64,000 nucleotides of DNA from Setoptus koraiensis (GCA_048013815.1 CM106586.1:24056001-24120000); one strand, 5' to 3'; positions 34,201 through 49,897 are shown, counted from the first letter of the stretch. The notes: generated from the letters alone by a model not told the origin. Numbers and translations: made by a program.

Positions 34201-34727
34201 TTGTGTTGCTCTAGTTTCAGTTGCATGCGTGCAACCAGTTACAACTTGCAACCGAATCATCCTGTGACTGTTGCCACAACCAGCCATTCTTATGACAGCA
34301 GCGAATGTGTCTGCAATCCATCATTATCAATCATTTTTTATTCATTAAATCATTCAATTTGATTAGTATTAGTGTGCTCAATGAGTGTGTTATTCAGATT
34401 TATTCACATTCAAATCATATGAATGAATCGTGAATATTCGTGACTCACAATGGGCGCCCGCTCACTTTACGTTGAGTGTTTGCGCTAGGCGCCATTCACC
34501 TAGCGATTAACCTGGCCGGCAAACTGCTGCTGCAACTGCTAACTGGTTTAAATTTTGAATTGCCGATTGGTTCAATCGATTGGCCAGCACCCGCAGCAAT
34601 AGATAGAGCGTTGCATGTTGACCATCGAGCAATCATTAACTGTTTCGGAAAGAGTGCCAATTATTGCCTATTACTGCCCATTTAGCCTATTAGACAGTGC
34701 TCGCTCTAGATAGTTGCATTTGCAGCT

Positions 34728-34799
34728 AATTATCATGAGAATTATCATGAGAATTATCATGAGAACTATCATGCGAACTATCATGCGAATTATCATGAG
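34728..34799. repeat. 12-bp tandem repeat, 6 copies
   Basis: AA(T/C)TATCATG(A/C)G. Confidence 0.95.
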
Positions 34800-37700
34800 A
34801 AAATCCATAGCTGATACACAATAATTATAGCGAATTAATGCTGCTCTCTAATGGTGATTGACTACTACTAATACTTAATTAGCTGATACAGCCCTAATAA
34901 AGCTCAACAATTACAACAAGAAGCCAATGGCCGGCCTTAAATTAATCTAATGCCATTAGTGAGCATTGGATGGATTAGATTGTTGCCAGGGCAACGACTG
35001 AATCGCAGCCGAAAAGGGCCAGTTGACGATGTTGTTGTCGTTGCTGTTGTTGTCGTTGCTGTTGTTGTTGTGGCTGTGATTGCGGTTGTAATTGGATGAA
35101 TAGTTGGCCTGGATGCCAAGCTCATATTGTTCTTGCGAATGAGCGACAGGTGTCACAATAAACTGCAATGCACGCCTACTTGCAATACAAAGTAATTGTA
35201 AGTATTAGTGATAATTAGCAATTAGTATACAAAGCATGTAATTTTATATGAGCACAAGTTGATCAATTTGAGTAATCAAGTTGCTCGCTTGCCAATTTTC
35301 GCTCCTTTGTTGTTATTGTTGCTGTTGGCCACTCAATGCCACACAGTGATACACAGCATAACATTGTCTATACAGATACTAACGTGCACAGACGAGATCC
35401 ATTCAAGATTATTTGCTTTACTTACTCATTACAAATGTCGCCGATACAGCGAAAATCTTGTCATTGCAAATCAATATCACTATAAATTTGTGTGAGCGGC
35501 AACAATTATTACAACAACAGAGAGGGAGAGAGAGCGACAGAACGAGAGATGAGAGTGAAAGGCAAACAAATGTGTAACAAGTGGATAATTTAAACAATGC
35601 AACAGACAACAGGTAAAATAACTTGTGTCTACATGCTTTTCATTTCACTAATTCTTGAACAATCCAACCGGCGAGCTAAGCTAACTGACAACGATTAAGC
35701 AGATTATTGTGGCGCCCGCTTCACCATAAGTCCCTTAAACTTTAACTTTAACTTTAACTTCAACTTTAACTTTATTAGCGAGCAACTCATGGCAAGCGGC
35801 CAATGCGCTGCAAGCCGCCACCAATAAGCCGCTTACTTCCTGTTTCTGGCAATCTCGGCGTGTCGGCATCTCGGCGTCTTGGCGTGTCGGCATCTCACCG
35901 TCTCAGCCTGTCAGAGTGTGTGTATTTAGACAGCGAGTGTATTTAGGCTGACACGATGGCACAGAGCAAGATGGCGAGCATCTGCATAGGTAGCAATAGC
36001 CAGTGTCTTTATCTCTGATTGTGTCCGATTAGTGTGAGAATGCATCAACAAAACAAGACACAATCACAAAATTACAATTGCCAAAGTGAGCCTATCTGTG
36101 CCTCACTGTCTGTCTCCACTGTCAGCTCAATGCGACTGTCAGTTCCTTGTGTGTCCCTGCGAATAATTCAATTGCATTCAATTTGTTTTGTTTTGCTCCT
36201 CTGCGATCTTCGAATCTTCAATTCTTCAAATACCTGTAATACCTGTCATGCTTGTAATACCTGTAATACTCGTAATACCTGTAACACTTGTTGTAATACC
36301 TGTGTACCTGTGTGTAATACGGTTAATACTGCTGCTGCTGCTGCTGTAGGCAATTGTCTAGTTACCAACTACAGTTAGCGACCATATGATGACATGACAG
36401 CAACGCCAGTAGCAGCAGCATCTAGCGGCCGAAACTAAATAGATCAGTTTTACTGTCTTTTTTGTTCCACTACCGGCTGACATTTTGAGTGACTAACTCA
36501 CTAACTGACAAGCAACAAACAACAACAACTAACATGTTCGACCACCCGTTCGTCATTGCTGCTGTCGGCTCATCTGATGCACACTCGCCAATGACCACAA
36601 CAACCTGTTGCTCTTGTTGTTGCTGTCGTTGTTGCTGTCGTTGCTGCTGTCGTTGTGCCGTGTGTTACATAACAAGTTTTTATGATGGACAACAATGATG
36701 ATTGTCAGCGATGATGACAAATTAATTGTTGTCATTGTGGCCGCTACATCTATTTGCACTTGCCAAGCAAGTCGTGTTGTTGCTGTTGTCGTTGTTGGTG
36801 TTGTTGCTGTTGGTGATGTTGCTGTTGGTGATGTTGGTGTTGGTGATGTTGCTGTTGGTGGTGTTGCTGTTGTTGTAGTTGTTGGTGGCGGTAGACAGGA
36901 CCAGCAACAAGTGGACAGGACAGGTCTCGAGCGACAAGCGTCAGTTGACAACAACAAGTGGCAGTTGTCATAACTCACTTTGTTAGCCGATCAAATTGCA
37001 GTGTCTGTCATCATTGCAACCACTGTCATTGCAACACGACCGTTGATTGGCACTGACAAATACTGTCTAGTCTGGCAACACAATATGCCACTGAAACTGC
37101 ATAAAACAACCAAACCACACACACCCTTGCCAAATTGGTGTGTCATCGGGTGCTGCCAATCAACTGTTTATTGTTGCCTTACATTTACAGTTTATTATTA
37201 TTACTATTACTATTGTATGAATCGTACAGTATGAGTGTAGAGAGAAGAAGAACGAAATAAGAATTCTTTATTATTGTTGTCTTATTAACATACTGTCCGC
37301 TAGGTGGATGTGGACAGTGTCCGTTGTTTCATAAAACCAACACAACAAAAAGTGTTAAGGGGCATAAAATGAAAGTGATGCAACACACACAAATTGATGA
37401 TGACAAGTTTCACAATGATAAAGAAACAAGTTTTAGCTGAATGAGCTAACAGTGGCTCAACAGTTACACTCGCAACACAATAATTGATGCTGAATAAAAT
37501 CACCATAAAGTGCTTTTAGAGTGTCTCGGCAACTTGTTGTGTTCGTTTGATGCTCAAGAGCTCTTGAGACAACATGACTCATATTATATGAGACGCACTC
37601 GTTGCAACAACAACAACAACAACAACTCGAAAAGATGCTACAGCTACAACAACATCAACATCGCCTGACAATTGTTGTGAGACAACAATTGAATTCTAAT

Positions 37701-38966
37701 TCTAATTACAGCTAAACAATTGTAATTATAATGCAACTCCAACGCGTACCAATAACAATTATCTGCAATTATAGTCACAACGATGATATTGTGGCAATAT
37801 TGTTATAGCAATATTATTCTAATTATATTATGCAAGACACTATTGCATCAGTTGCAATCAAATGCCAGATTGTTGATGTTATAACACATCGTCGACAATA
37901 TCGGTGTGAGTGGTCACTTGTGATTCACTGCACACTTACTTCACCTGGCGAATAGCCGGTGTGTGCAGCGGATAAAGTGAGTGACTGGTCATCATACAAT
38001 GTATAATGAGACTGCTGTGATCGGACTGCTGTGTCATGATCAAAGTCTCATGAGTCGCATGAGTCTCCTCAGTCGCTTGAGTCTCATGAGTCGATCTATC
38101 AAGTTGCTCGGGCAATCCATTGTTTTCGCATAATCCATTTATTCTCATTTCAATCGCAGGCTTCCCATTCAACTCTCTGTAGCTGTTGTCAGTGTCGCAC
38201 TATCAGGTATTTCAGGCTGGATAAAACTGGATCACACACAATACGATCACCAATACTAATAGAGGCAGCCTCGGCGATACTGTATCAGCGATAGAGTATG
38301 CAATATGTATATTACAAGTTGTTGTTGTTGTTGTTGTTGTTATTTTGTAATGTTGCCTGCATGTTGTTGTAAGCTGGTTGTAGCAAACGGTTGTTGTGAA
38401 GTTGTGTGGCTTGCCGATTAGAGATTACCGTTATAACACTGCGCGCGCGCGCAACAACTAACGTAACGCATGATACTGTGAATCATAAATTGTCAGGTGA
38501 AAGTGGTTGCGTAATACAATCAATCATCGTTGGTAGCCAGCACACAGACACAGACACACACACACAGACGCACAGTTAGATCAGTTAAGAAAAACAACAA
38601 ACGTAGCCACTTGTTGAGCGGTGAGACTGGCGTTGGGAAAAAGTGTTTGTGAAAAGTTAGTTGCCAAAGTTAGCTCCAATTGGCTATTATTAATAGCTAC
38701 TCACTCTCATCATCGCCATCATTTGGTCACTGGTTGTTGTTCGCCTGTTGCTGCTATTCACTAGTTGCTGTTGGCGCCGTTATTCACCTGTGGCTGTTGC
38801 CGCTATTCACCTGTGATTCACCTGTGTGATGCAAGCTGCAGTTGGGCAGTTGTTGAGCAGGCACAGTTTAAATTTAAAGTTGTTTGCTGTTCAAGCTTGG
38901 CTGGTCGCTCGCTCGCTTAGACGGTCTAACTGTTTCTGGTTCGCAGACAGAGACAGACAGCGAGCT

Positions 38967-39044
38967 AGAGACAGAGACAGAGACAGAGACAGAGACAGAG
39001 ACAGAGACAGAGACAGAGACAGAGACAGAGACAGAGACAGAGAG
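38967..39044. repeat. (AGAGAC)n hexanucleotide microsatellite
   Basis: About 12-13 copies. Confidence 0.97.
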
Positions 39045-40468
39045 AGAAACAGATACAGAAAGTTGCAGTAATATGAGTGCGCATCACAAAACTTAATGAG
39101 TGCTTGTGTTTGCGAGTAGACACTTGCGACTTGCAACGCTCATTTAACCTGCACACAATGAGCATTCAGCAAATAATCAATATCTTTCGTTGCCATAAGG
39201 AAGTGACTTGTCTCGCCAGTGCCAAGTCGCTCGCCAACTCCCAAATAAACCCAAGCGAACAAATTAAACAATAATATTTATAACGATTCTTCTTTTCTTG
39301 TTGCTCTCTTGTTGTTGCTCTGTTGTTGTTGCTCTGCCGTTGTTGCTCTGCTGTTGTTGTCGTGGCGCAAAAAGTGATTGGTCACTGTTAAGACCACTCC
39401 GTTCCAATCGTTCGTCGTAAAACTGAAAATTCAATCTCTCAAAAGTCCCCTCAAGACTCCACTAATACCCCGCTCCCGCTCAGCTGATGCTCACTTTGTG
39501 CGCACCACTCACTGTAACTAACTACCACTGTAGACCATTCATCCAATTCTCTTTATCTATTTATCTGGCTGATTATCTGTCTATCTGTTCATTTGTTTAT
39601 CCGTTCATCTGTTTATCTGTATATGAGTTAGTTGTGTTGCCCGTTTTATTCTCATTTCTATTCTCAGCGTTCGCAGTGTTCTCAGTATCATCGGTATTGT
39701 CAGTTGAGAGCGAGAACGAGCAGCGAAAATAGAGAGCGAAAACAGAGAGCGAGAGCCAGTTTGTGATTGCGGGCCACTCAAGCGCGCTGCTCACAGATGT
39801 GGGTGTCCGACTGATACAATTTGGCTTCTTTTTGCTCCCCACTTTTTGCTGTCCACTGTCTACTGGCTATCGATGGCTGCACAGACAGCGCACGCCAAAA
39901 CAAAGTGGACGCCAGCAAAAGTGGCCGCACAAAGCAAAAATAAAAGTAAGGTAAGAAAGGGTTTGCCTCGTCGTCGTCGTCGTCGTCGTCATGATTGGAT
40001 CATTAATGATGACTAATTATTATTAGTTGTAGGCTACTATTACTGCCGTCGCTGTTACCAGAAGTATTACCGCCAGCGCCATGATGTAATACTAAGTAAG
40101 CAATTCTTGGGCCAGACAGAAGGAAGTGCGCTGGCATTGACACTTCCGCTTCCACTTTTTAAGCATTCTCTCACTACTGGCGACTCACCACTGGCCAGTC
40201 GCTTGTCTGGCTTGTCTCGCCGGCCTAAGAGATTAATAACTTTGCCATTTGTCCATCGCAACTCCGATTAACGATTGGCCATTCCGATCCATCGATTGGG
40301 CCGGCCAATCGAGCCAATTGAGCTCGTTGGCCGACCAATCAGTGGATGAGTTTGTGTTTATAATTAACTTGATTAGTTGCAGTTGATCCAATCACCGGTG
40401 GCTACTACTTATCGGACCAACGCACTTGTCCACTTGTTTTTCGGGCAACATTACTGTCAGCGTGCCGT

Positions 40469-40530
<62 letters not shown>

Positions 40531-43500
40531 TTGTTGTTGTGCTTGTGCCATTATGCCATCCAGCAGCCGTAGTACCGTGGTACAAGCGGTAGTACAAGTT
40601 GTTGTTGTTGCAGCGGTGGTGGCATTAGTAGTAGTAAACTGCTAACGATGATCGACAAGTCGTGATGTAGTCATAATCAATTGATCAACAAACAACTCTT
40701 TCATTCTCTTAAGTCGCCCGCTATGTGCTCTCTATGATGATTGTGTCGCCTGCCTACCAATAATACCAATGATTCCCGTGTTGCTGTTACGTAACCTACA
40801 CAATTCGCTTACCACTTTGCTCTTACGTCATTACTCTGTGTCTGTTGTATAGGCTCTATACTACTAACTAATAGCTAGTAGCTATACTGTAGAGTCTATA
40901 GCAAAGCTAGCATAGCCTAGATGACAGAGACAAAGCAAACAAACGTAATGCTGTAATAACAATAATAACAATCATGACACAAACGTGCTCACCTGTATGG
41001 TCAGTGTTGTGTTATGGTGCCAGTTGGCCGAGCGATCGTTAGCTTATTTGCATAGTTGCCATGCAGCTGATAAATTAGAAATAAAGTAACTCTCACTGGT
41101 CAGTGGTGGCAGTAGATACAGTTTGATGTAGTCGATATATCAATTAGCAGCGCTGCCAAATTGCAGTCCGCAAATTGTGCCTTTTGGCCACAGCGCACAA
41201 TTTGCAGTTTGATCATCTCTAATGAGGCCTCTGCTCGCACTCTCTCACCCTCTCGCTCTGTCATGATTTGTACAGCAACAACACATAAAACGAGCATGAA
41301 TTGAGAGGGCATAATTGCATAAAATATTTTAAATTAAATGGACATGGACCTAATTGAGTAATGGACCAACGATGATGAAGAAACAGCAACGAGCGCGATC
41401 AATAATAGATTGATTGACTGGCCAGTTTTGTTTACAACTGACCGCTTTGAGGCAGCTTGGTGCAGTGCAGTGCACATAAGTGCACACGAAAAGGATAAAA
41501 CTTGGCAAAGTTTGGTGCCTAAGGTGATTAGTTGGTGTGTTTAATAGACTAAAGTTGAGATTTTGTTGATTGATTGGTATTGTCGTTGCTGTTGTTGCTG
41601 TTGCCGTTGCCGTTGCCGTTGTTGACTTGTTGCATAATAAGAGTTTGATCGACGGCATCACAGCGATAGTGAGCAGCAGCAAAAACAAGCGCAAGTGATT
41701 CAGTGACGAACAAAACATTAGGAGAAAGCGTTTGAAATATCCAGACAAATAAACGGCCGGCGAGCAAACACAATTGCTTGGCGTAAGTGCTCGCCACATA
41801 TAATATATATATTGGTCGAGTTGTTTGTTGTAACAGGTTGCAGTTGTTTTAGTTGCAGTCGGCGCTCGGCAGGCTAACTGTAAGTTGTTAGTATCAATTA
41901 CCAGAACGACCGGTGACTTTGGCGGTGGCTGTTGCTGTTGCACGGCTGCTGCGACGCAAAAGTGGCCAAAGTGCAACGTTCACAACAGGTAAATGGAGCC
42001 GAACGAAGCCAACGAAGGAGAAAAGCGAGATAACAAAAATACAGGTGCCAATAAAGAGAGGAAATGGGCTCTTTGTTTGCGTTTAGAACGCGCTTTTTTT
42101 GCGATCTCATCATTTATCCGGCCGAAATATTTTTTGCCGGCCGTTAGAGGTGGCGACTGCGACTGCAACTGCGACTACAACTGCAACAGCAACAGCAACA
42201 GCAACTGCGACTGCAATGATACCCGCTGCCCGCCGATGATAACTACCTGTCCCACATACAGGTGATAATAATACAAAAACCTGTTAACTGTTGGCCGGTG
42301 CCTGCTACGAGACAAGGGACTCGCCAGCAAGCGAGCGCCACCAATAAACAAGCTAGACCAATAATAATAATAATAATAATACAACTCTCAGAATCGTTTT
42401 CTCTCTCTCGCTCGCTCGCCGTCGTCATGATCAGCGGTTATCGTGGTCGCAGTTGCGTCATCACGAAAAGCCAACCAACCATCGAAACCAACGAAACCAA
42501 CGCAACCGTCGAAACCGACGCAACCAACGAAACCAACAAAACCAATGAAGCCGATGCAGCCAATGCAAATAGCGGAACGGCCAGCCAAGTGTTGGCTGGT
42601 TTAATAGATGAATATTCATCAGGTTGCCCAGTTGGTCATTACTTGTGGCGCTGCTCGCATCTCGTATCTTCTATTTTATCTCATTTGAGCTGGTGATTGC
42701 ACCTATAGTGTGATCAGTTGTGCAGTTGTTAGTTTTGATCAGCGCTAATGCTAAAACTGAACCAACTACCTCGATATCATAATATTATATCATGTAATAA
42801 ATGGAGATTGTTTTGTTTGCCGCTCGCTCAATTGCAATAAATAATAACAATAAATAAAAGTGATTCCTTTTTTCTCCTTTTGCCTCTCGCTCCAAAATAA
42901 CTCGCCACTGTCAGACGGCGAGCCACAGTTTGATTGCTGGCCACAGCAGCAGCAACAACGGCAACAACAACAACTATCACCACAAGTGTTATCGCTGTGT
43001 CAAAACCAAAATAACCAAACCAGCCAAAGGGTATTCATGCGAATGAGCTTGGCCAGCGTTTAATTGTGTCCACAATTTATTCAGCCATTTCCACTTATTA
43101 GCTCATTATAGTTAGCTTATTGTGATTATAGTTCGACTCATAGATCCGGCTCGATGGCCACATCGCCCATCTCTCATTTGAAATGGATGGTCGCTTCATG
43201 GCTCGGATAATGCGCTTTTGATTGGCCAACAAGTGAATGTGTCGCTCGTCTCAACAAACATTGCCCAATAAAGATGAATAAAGATGAGCCTATGTAAAAT
43301 TGTTGTTGTTTGTTTTAAGTGCTAACTTGTTGCCGTTGTTTGTATAATGGACACAGTCAATAGCAAAGTGTTAGTGTAATTATGTGCTTTTGGCCGCATA
43401 AATCCACCACCCAAAAATAAATCTACATAATTGGTTACGTAATGGCTTCTCCGTACACTATTAGGCATTCAATGCAATTGTGCGCCAATTCCAGTATAAT

Positions 43501-46500
43501 CTGCAAATGCAAACAATCATCACCAACTGGCAATACTCGCCTGGCGTTATCCGCTTATCAACAATAACTAACCGGAAACTGGTTGCTTGCAGAAATGCTG
43601 CATGCATCTACTACCAGTCGTAGTCTAGGACACTTTGACGCGTACAACGGCTTATAAGCCAGTATACATATATTAATATACCGTATGTATAACGATTATC
43701 GGAAGTTAACAATTAATTAAACGCTCTCATAATCGCCATTAATCTAGTCAACTGTCCATCGGTTTGCAGTCGTCATAAGAGAGCACAATTTGCATTCATT
43801 TGAAGGGATTAGATTCATTTGAAGCCAACTGTTGACAACAGTTAGTTCCGTTGATTGTTGTTAACGGTTGCTGCATGCGCTGATGCGATGTCGCTGGTAT
43901 CATAACGGCAATTACAGCCAGTAAATTAGTCAACTAATTGAATAATAATGTTGACTAAATTATAAATCATGTGTTATAATGCCAGCCGACTGTTGGATGA
44001 TTTACACAAACATTGAACAATTAACTGTGAATGTGAAATGAAATTTATTAGTTGATTCCGTTACACGTAAACAATAGTTCCGGTTACAATTGATCAATTT
44101 ATGCAAAATCCGGTCCGGTCCTGTCCAATCCACATTTGAATGTGTGATGCGCGAATGCGGTCATCAGATTAGGCCCTAACTTTCAGTGTGTTGTGTCGAC
44201 GAAAGCCATTAGAAGCCACAACAACCAATCACCCAACAATAACAGTAATAGTTTGAATATACCCGTAATGATGTACAGGGTTTTCTGCTAATGTTGTGCT
44301 GATGCGATGCGTTATTTGAATTATTTGAATAACCAAACAAACAGCAAATCAAGCTTGTCAGACGACCAAACAAACCGAGCAAAGCAAGCAAACAAAATCA
44401 GAATGAGAGGATGAAATTGTGTGCTGTCGATACGGGATAATGATGATTCGAATGGACAGAGGGGGAGAGTGAGAGAGAGAGAGAGAGATCATCATTGGCA
44501 TCACATGATTGGCCCACTGAATGCGAAACAAAAGACGCCGGAAGTGAAATAAGTCGTTAGATTGGCTTCAGTCACGCAACGTTACAACAACTACAGGTGC
44601 CGATGATAAACAAATACGCATTAACTTGAACTACAAAATAGAAAAAGCCAATATAGCCGAGCAATCGGTTTCAGTTTGTTTCCGTTAAATTATAATCAGT
44701 AGCCTTTAGTGTTTGTCGACACAGTAGACAAAAATTAACCTTTTGTCTAAAAGTCAAAAAGGAAACTGATGCATACATGTTGTGCAAATCTTGCAAATGT
44801 TTTTGTTTTTTCTGTCCAACGTTGTCATGTTTTGTGGTTGCTTTTTTCGCTAGCTAACGAGCTGGCAAACAATGATGACTTATGATTGAATAATTTTTAG
44901 TTGAGATCATTAGTTCAAGGTTCAGCAAGTTTCCAACAAAACCAATTAAAAGCGGAGAAAGATTCACTAGAAAGTAATTACATGCTCTCATTGATAGTTG
45001 ACTTTATCCGCTACCAGCTAGCCAAGTTCAGCCAGCTGATTGTTGGACACTTGCTGATTGTTAGTCGGCTCACCTTGTTACGACTGGTTGCTGTTGCTGT
45101 TGTTGTGGTTGCTGATATGTAAAAAGTTCAATGTGACAACAGTAGCAACAATGACAAGTGTCCTTTTAAAACAATTATAATCAATTATAAATGTCGCCGC
45201 CGATTACTTCACTGTTAGCCACAGTAAATTACTATTGGCAATTATTGATTGAACGACATTATTTCGAAAGTTTGGTTACTTGGTTTGTCCGTCGAAGCTA
45301 CGATTGTCAGATCGAATGAATCGACTTGCTTATTCTCAATTGAAATAATTGTGTCAACAATTGTTCTAATTAAAATAGTTATAATTAGCATCTCAGGTTG
45401 CATTACATTGTTGCATGTATTGGCTTGAATAACGCAATTCACACCATCGTTGACCATGACAACTTCCGCAAGGAGTCAATTGCTTATCTACTAAATTATT
45501 TCAATTGCTCTGTGATATAATCGCTTTGACATCACATTTTGATGGCTATGCCACTGTCATTTCGCGCTTAGCTTGTGATTCTGCCTTCTGATTGGTTGAG
45601 AAGCACTAATCAGAACTGTGAGAGAAAAGGTTAGAAATTGAGAGAAATTGAAAGGATTGCAGCTAGAATTGAGATATTCAGATATTTAAAGTGTCGAAAT
45701 AAACAAACAAGACACGTGAAATTTGCGCGAATTTGTGCGTGTGTTGGCGTCTGCCGATCAAACGAACAACGGTCTATATTTGGCAACCAATTATGCAGTC
45801 GGCTAGACAAAACTATATCAGGTGTTGTCGTTTCCGCGCGCCATATTGTAAGCAATCACTGTGAACAGGTGAGTTGTTGGATAAATTGCAATAGCACGTT
45901 GTTGTATTTGTTAACAATAACAAAATGACGTAATATTTGAGTGAGTATTATTATCTGTTGTCTTTGTTGTTGTTGTTGATGTTGTTGAGCTGTGAATAAA
46001 CGGATAATAGTGTTACTTCAACGCTGTTATTATTATTCACATTAATAATAATAATAATAGTAATATTGTTATATAACGGACAAGCTAACTATGAGACTAT
46101 GAGACAAAAGGTGAGACAAATGCTTTGAAAATGCGATGCAATGAACTGTTCAGAGCGATGATTTATTCATTTGTTCAGTGCAAACGAATTGTTGAAAATT
46201 AACAGCAATTGAAAGCACCAGCACCAATTACAATTCACATTTGTACTCCATTCAACGTATTATTCACGTTCTATATAATGTGCGAGCTGACAATTGTGAA
46301 TTCAATTGAATAATAGTAGGCAATAACAACAACAACAAGTTGCTAGATAAAAAGAACAAGCAGATTTAAATGATCTCTTAATTCAATACTCAAGTCATAC
46401 ATACAAGCTGTCTTATCGAGACTGACACTGTTGCAACTGGCAAGCCATCCATCCAAATGACAATGCCAAGTAACAACTACACCTGTAATCATAACTGGCA

Positions 46501-49500
46501 ATACTCATTGTGGCTGCTACAATTGTTAACTTATCATCTCACTCGATGATTGCCTATTTGTGTTAGTGGTAGTTAGTTGTCATTAGTTGTCTTTATGTTG
46601 GATAAATCCGTATTATATTCTTTTTCAATCTTATCCAACCAAATTTGTTAACATGTAACTATAGCTTTTTGTTGTGTGCTCTGATTATTATTTCTGTAAC
46701 TGATTGCAAATGCACTCGCACTTGTTAGCACTGGCAAGTCACTGACATAAGTCGCTTTGAAAATTAAAATGAGAGATTGTTTATAATGCAAACTTGCTTG
46801 TTTGAAGTGTGCAAGTGTGAGCAATATTAAATTAACACTGGCGCTAATACCGGCGCTAGGAAGAAGCTCACTCACAATCACCTGTTATCTGCTCGGGTGT
46901 TTGTTTGTTTTTGATCTGTTGATTTAGAGAGACCATCGAGAATGATTGAGCACATATTAATACCATAGAGGTACAGTTTTTAATTCTGTCGGACATAGCA
47001 TATCGAGGACGAATCAATAGCACCACCACCACCACCACAAACAACAACGACAACAACAACAACAACAACAGGTTGTCAAGGTCATTCGAGAACATGAGAC
47101 AAATAACGGGTACGAATGCATACCCGTTATGTGGGCATTGATGAATTGCTGTTGTTCCGTTTTTGTTGTTGCATGATCCATGCATTGGAGGTTCGAACAA
47201 CAAATATTCATATTCGTTTGTTTGCTTGTTTTTCGGTTTGTTGTAATACATGCGTGCATGTAAACTTGTTACCGTTCTAGTTAGATGCATTCGGCGATAT
47301 AATAATCTCAGATATCGAGCTCTTCTTCTTCTTCTTGTCAGTCCGACACGACGTAATGTTAAATCGTTACTAATCTCTTGCCGCCATCTCTCACTGTTTA
47401 CTAAACTGACCTGAAACAGGTTGCCATACACACACTCGTTGCTACCGGCAATACACCGGTATTTTGGTGATTGTTGTTGCGGTTGTTGTTTATCTGGTGT
47501 TGTTGCCAATGACACACGCTCATTGGCATACAAGATTGTTTGATTGTCATCGTCATCGGGCGACTAATCAGATGGCGAGACTCTTCTTCTGGCCAAACAT
47601 CAAATCATCTTTTACCTGTTTGCTCAAATGCTTGCTTCAAGCAACTGTGTGAGTCGCCTAGAGGTCGCCAAACAGTGCAGTCAGCATGCGACCATACGAA
47701 CTTATTTATCTGGATATAGCTGGCATCATTGACACAATCGGAATTAGTTCAATAGTGGAGCCTCTATCGAGACTTAAAATCAATGGATATATACACAGAC
47801 AATTGAACACAAGTCAATTAAGCACAAGTGAGTCGAGTGATATCACACAGCTAATCACAGCTAATCACAGGTGATCGCAGCTAATCGCAGGTGATCGCAG
47901 GTAATGTTTACAGATGCGGTCTACTAGCGATTGGTATGCTGGTGAGCGCCAGCATTTGTAGTTGTCGGTTGTGGTTAATGGCGCTGCTTGTTGACGACAA
48001 CAAACTCACAAGTGAACCAGTGGTAAGCTCAACAACAACAGCTTGTTTTTGTTAACTGGCCGCTAATAACAACTGCCTTTCCAGTTCATACTATCAACTT
48101 ACATATGAACATGAGCATATGAACATGGACAAGTCACTGTAATGATACACACAAGACAGGACATTGCAGATATGAGGTGATATTAGTTGTGACAAGCGCA
48201 TTGACAAGCGCATTGCACACCAATTGAATTGAATGCAATTGGGCATTAGATTGCATTTAATTCAGTTATTGACTTCAACTGAATGATCGGACACAGTTAG
48301 CTAACTTGCCAGCTGATCGGCTAGTTTGAGCTAGTGCTAGGTGCTCGTAATAATAATAATACCGAATCAAACTATTCAATAGCAACTATTCACTGGAAGT
48401 GTCTCGACACGCACACAGGTAAGGTTAAATGTTGATAATTATTGTTAATGTTACACAGCTGGCAGACACTAATTAGAGTGTCTATGCGCTATTAGAACAG
48501 TCAAATGAAATCTGTGCGATAGGTGCCAACAACAGCACTAGTAACAGCAACAACAACGACGACAGCAACAACAACAACGACAACAACAACAACAACAACA
48601 ACAAATGTCAGCGGGCAGTCCTCATTGCGCCATTGATGTTGTTGTTTTTGTCTTGAAATAGTCAAACAGTCAGAGAGTCAAATACCATTAATAGTATATG
48701 ATAATCAATTACTCACTGTCACTATTATTATGAGCAGGCAAACTGGACTTGCCAGAACACGCTTGTTGCTTTACTACGATTTGCTACAATTTGCCACAAT
48801 TTGCTACAATTGTCATCTAAAAACCAACAATCTCACTTATACCTACTAACAATAAGCTAAACATAGCTAACAGCTATCGACTGGGCAGGTTTCCTTGTAA
48901 GTGGTTTGAGTTTTTTACTTTAGCAATGTGCATATAAATTGTTGTATATCGGTGTATATCGGCGTATATGAGTGTTGCATAAATTGAAAGTAGTTAAATG
49001 ATTGCTTGCGCCAGGTATAGGTTGCATAGTGCATAGTTGTCATAGAGCAACATGGAGCAAACTGTGCACTTGTTTGCAGATATCGCGATATTGTCAAGAC
49101 ACTTTAAACAGAGTTAGTTGACGGTCAAGTTTACCTGGTTATAGCTGGTATAGGTATAGCTAGATATATGTAGAGATATAGAAATGGTTGAGCACGATTT
49201 TCGGGCTAGCCAGTTCAATAGCAATTGAATAGTGTGATACTAACTTTATATTTTTACTAACACGACCTTTAACTGACCATCGCTGCATCATTCTGACAGC
49301 TGCTGCATCAAAAACAGCTGTTGTTTGTTACAGCAAGCTAGTTATCAATGCAAAGGTTGTACAGGTAAAGCTAATGATACTGTGATGCAATGTGTGTTAA
49401 CGGTGTTTACACACACTACATTTATACCTTGATACCTTTATCACTTTAACTGGCTGTATGACGCAACGACGACGCTGCAGCAGCATCAGCATCAACAGCA

Positions 49501-49807
49501 GCTATGCACCAAGAATTTGAGGTAACGGCGGTCAGTTTGGTGGTCAGCTTGTTGGCCCGATTTTGTTGTGAAATCATTGATCATTTGGTTGTTGTTAATG
49601 GAATAGAGAGAGAGGGAGAGAAAAAGGGCTGCAGCTAGTAAATGCCAGTTGAATGTCGAGACAAACTTGCTCTTGTTGCTCCAAATTGAAGCTTGATAAT
49701 CATGACGCAATCAATGTTGCTGTTGTTGTTGCTGCATACACACAAACAACAGCAACAACAACTCATGGCTCATTTCTCACTTTTTTATGTGTCCATCGAC
49801 ATGCAGC

Positions 49808-49897
49808 ATGCAACAACAACAGCAACAACAACAGCAACAACAGCAACAACAGCAACAACAGCAACAACAGCAACAACAGCAACAACAGCAACAACAA
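49808..49897. repeat. (GCAACAACA)n tandem repeat
   Basis: Directly visible; the shadow ORF translates to poly-Cys. Confidence 0.95.

Noticed and set aside
36489-42696. Numerous poly-Q, -T, -V, -C, ET and RD ORFs, including the 208-aa ORF at 41350-41976
   Set aside because: They are stop-free frames created by microsatellites and appear in several frames at once.
44902-44925. TGAGATCATT resembling the bantam miRNA 5' end
   Set aside because: Only the seed region matches; the rest diverges and no hairpin is evident.
46868-47533. Longest desert ORF (221 aa, minus strand)
   Set aside because: It has a TTG start, is partly built from CAA/CAC repeats and has no recognisable domain. It cannot be fully excluded without expression data.
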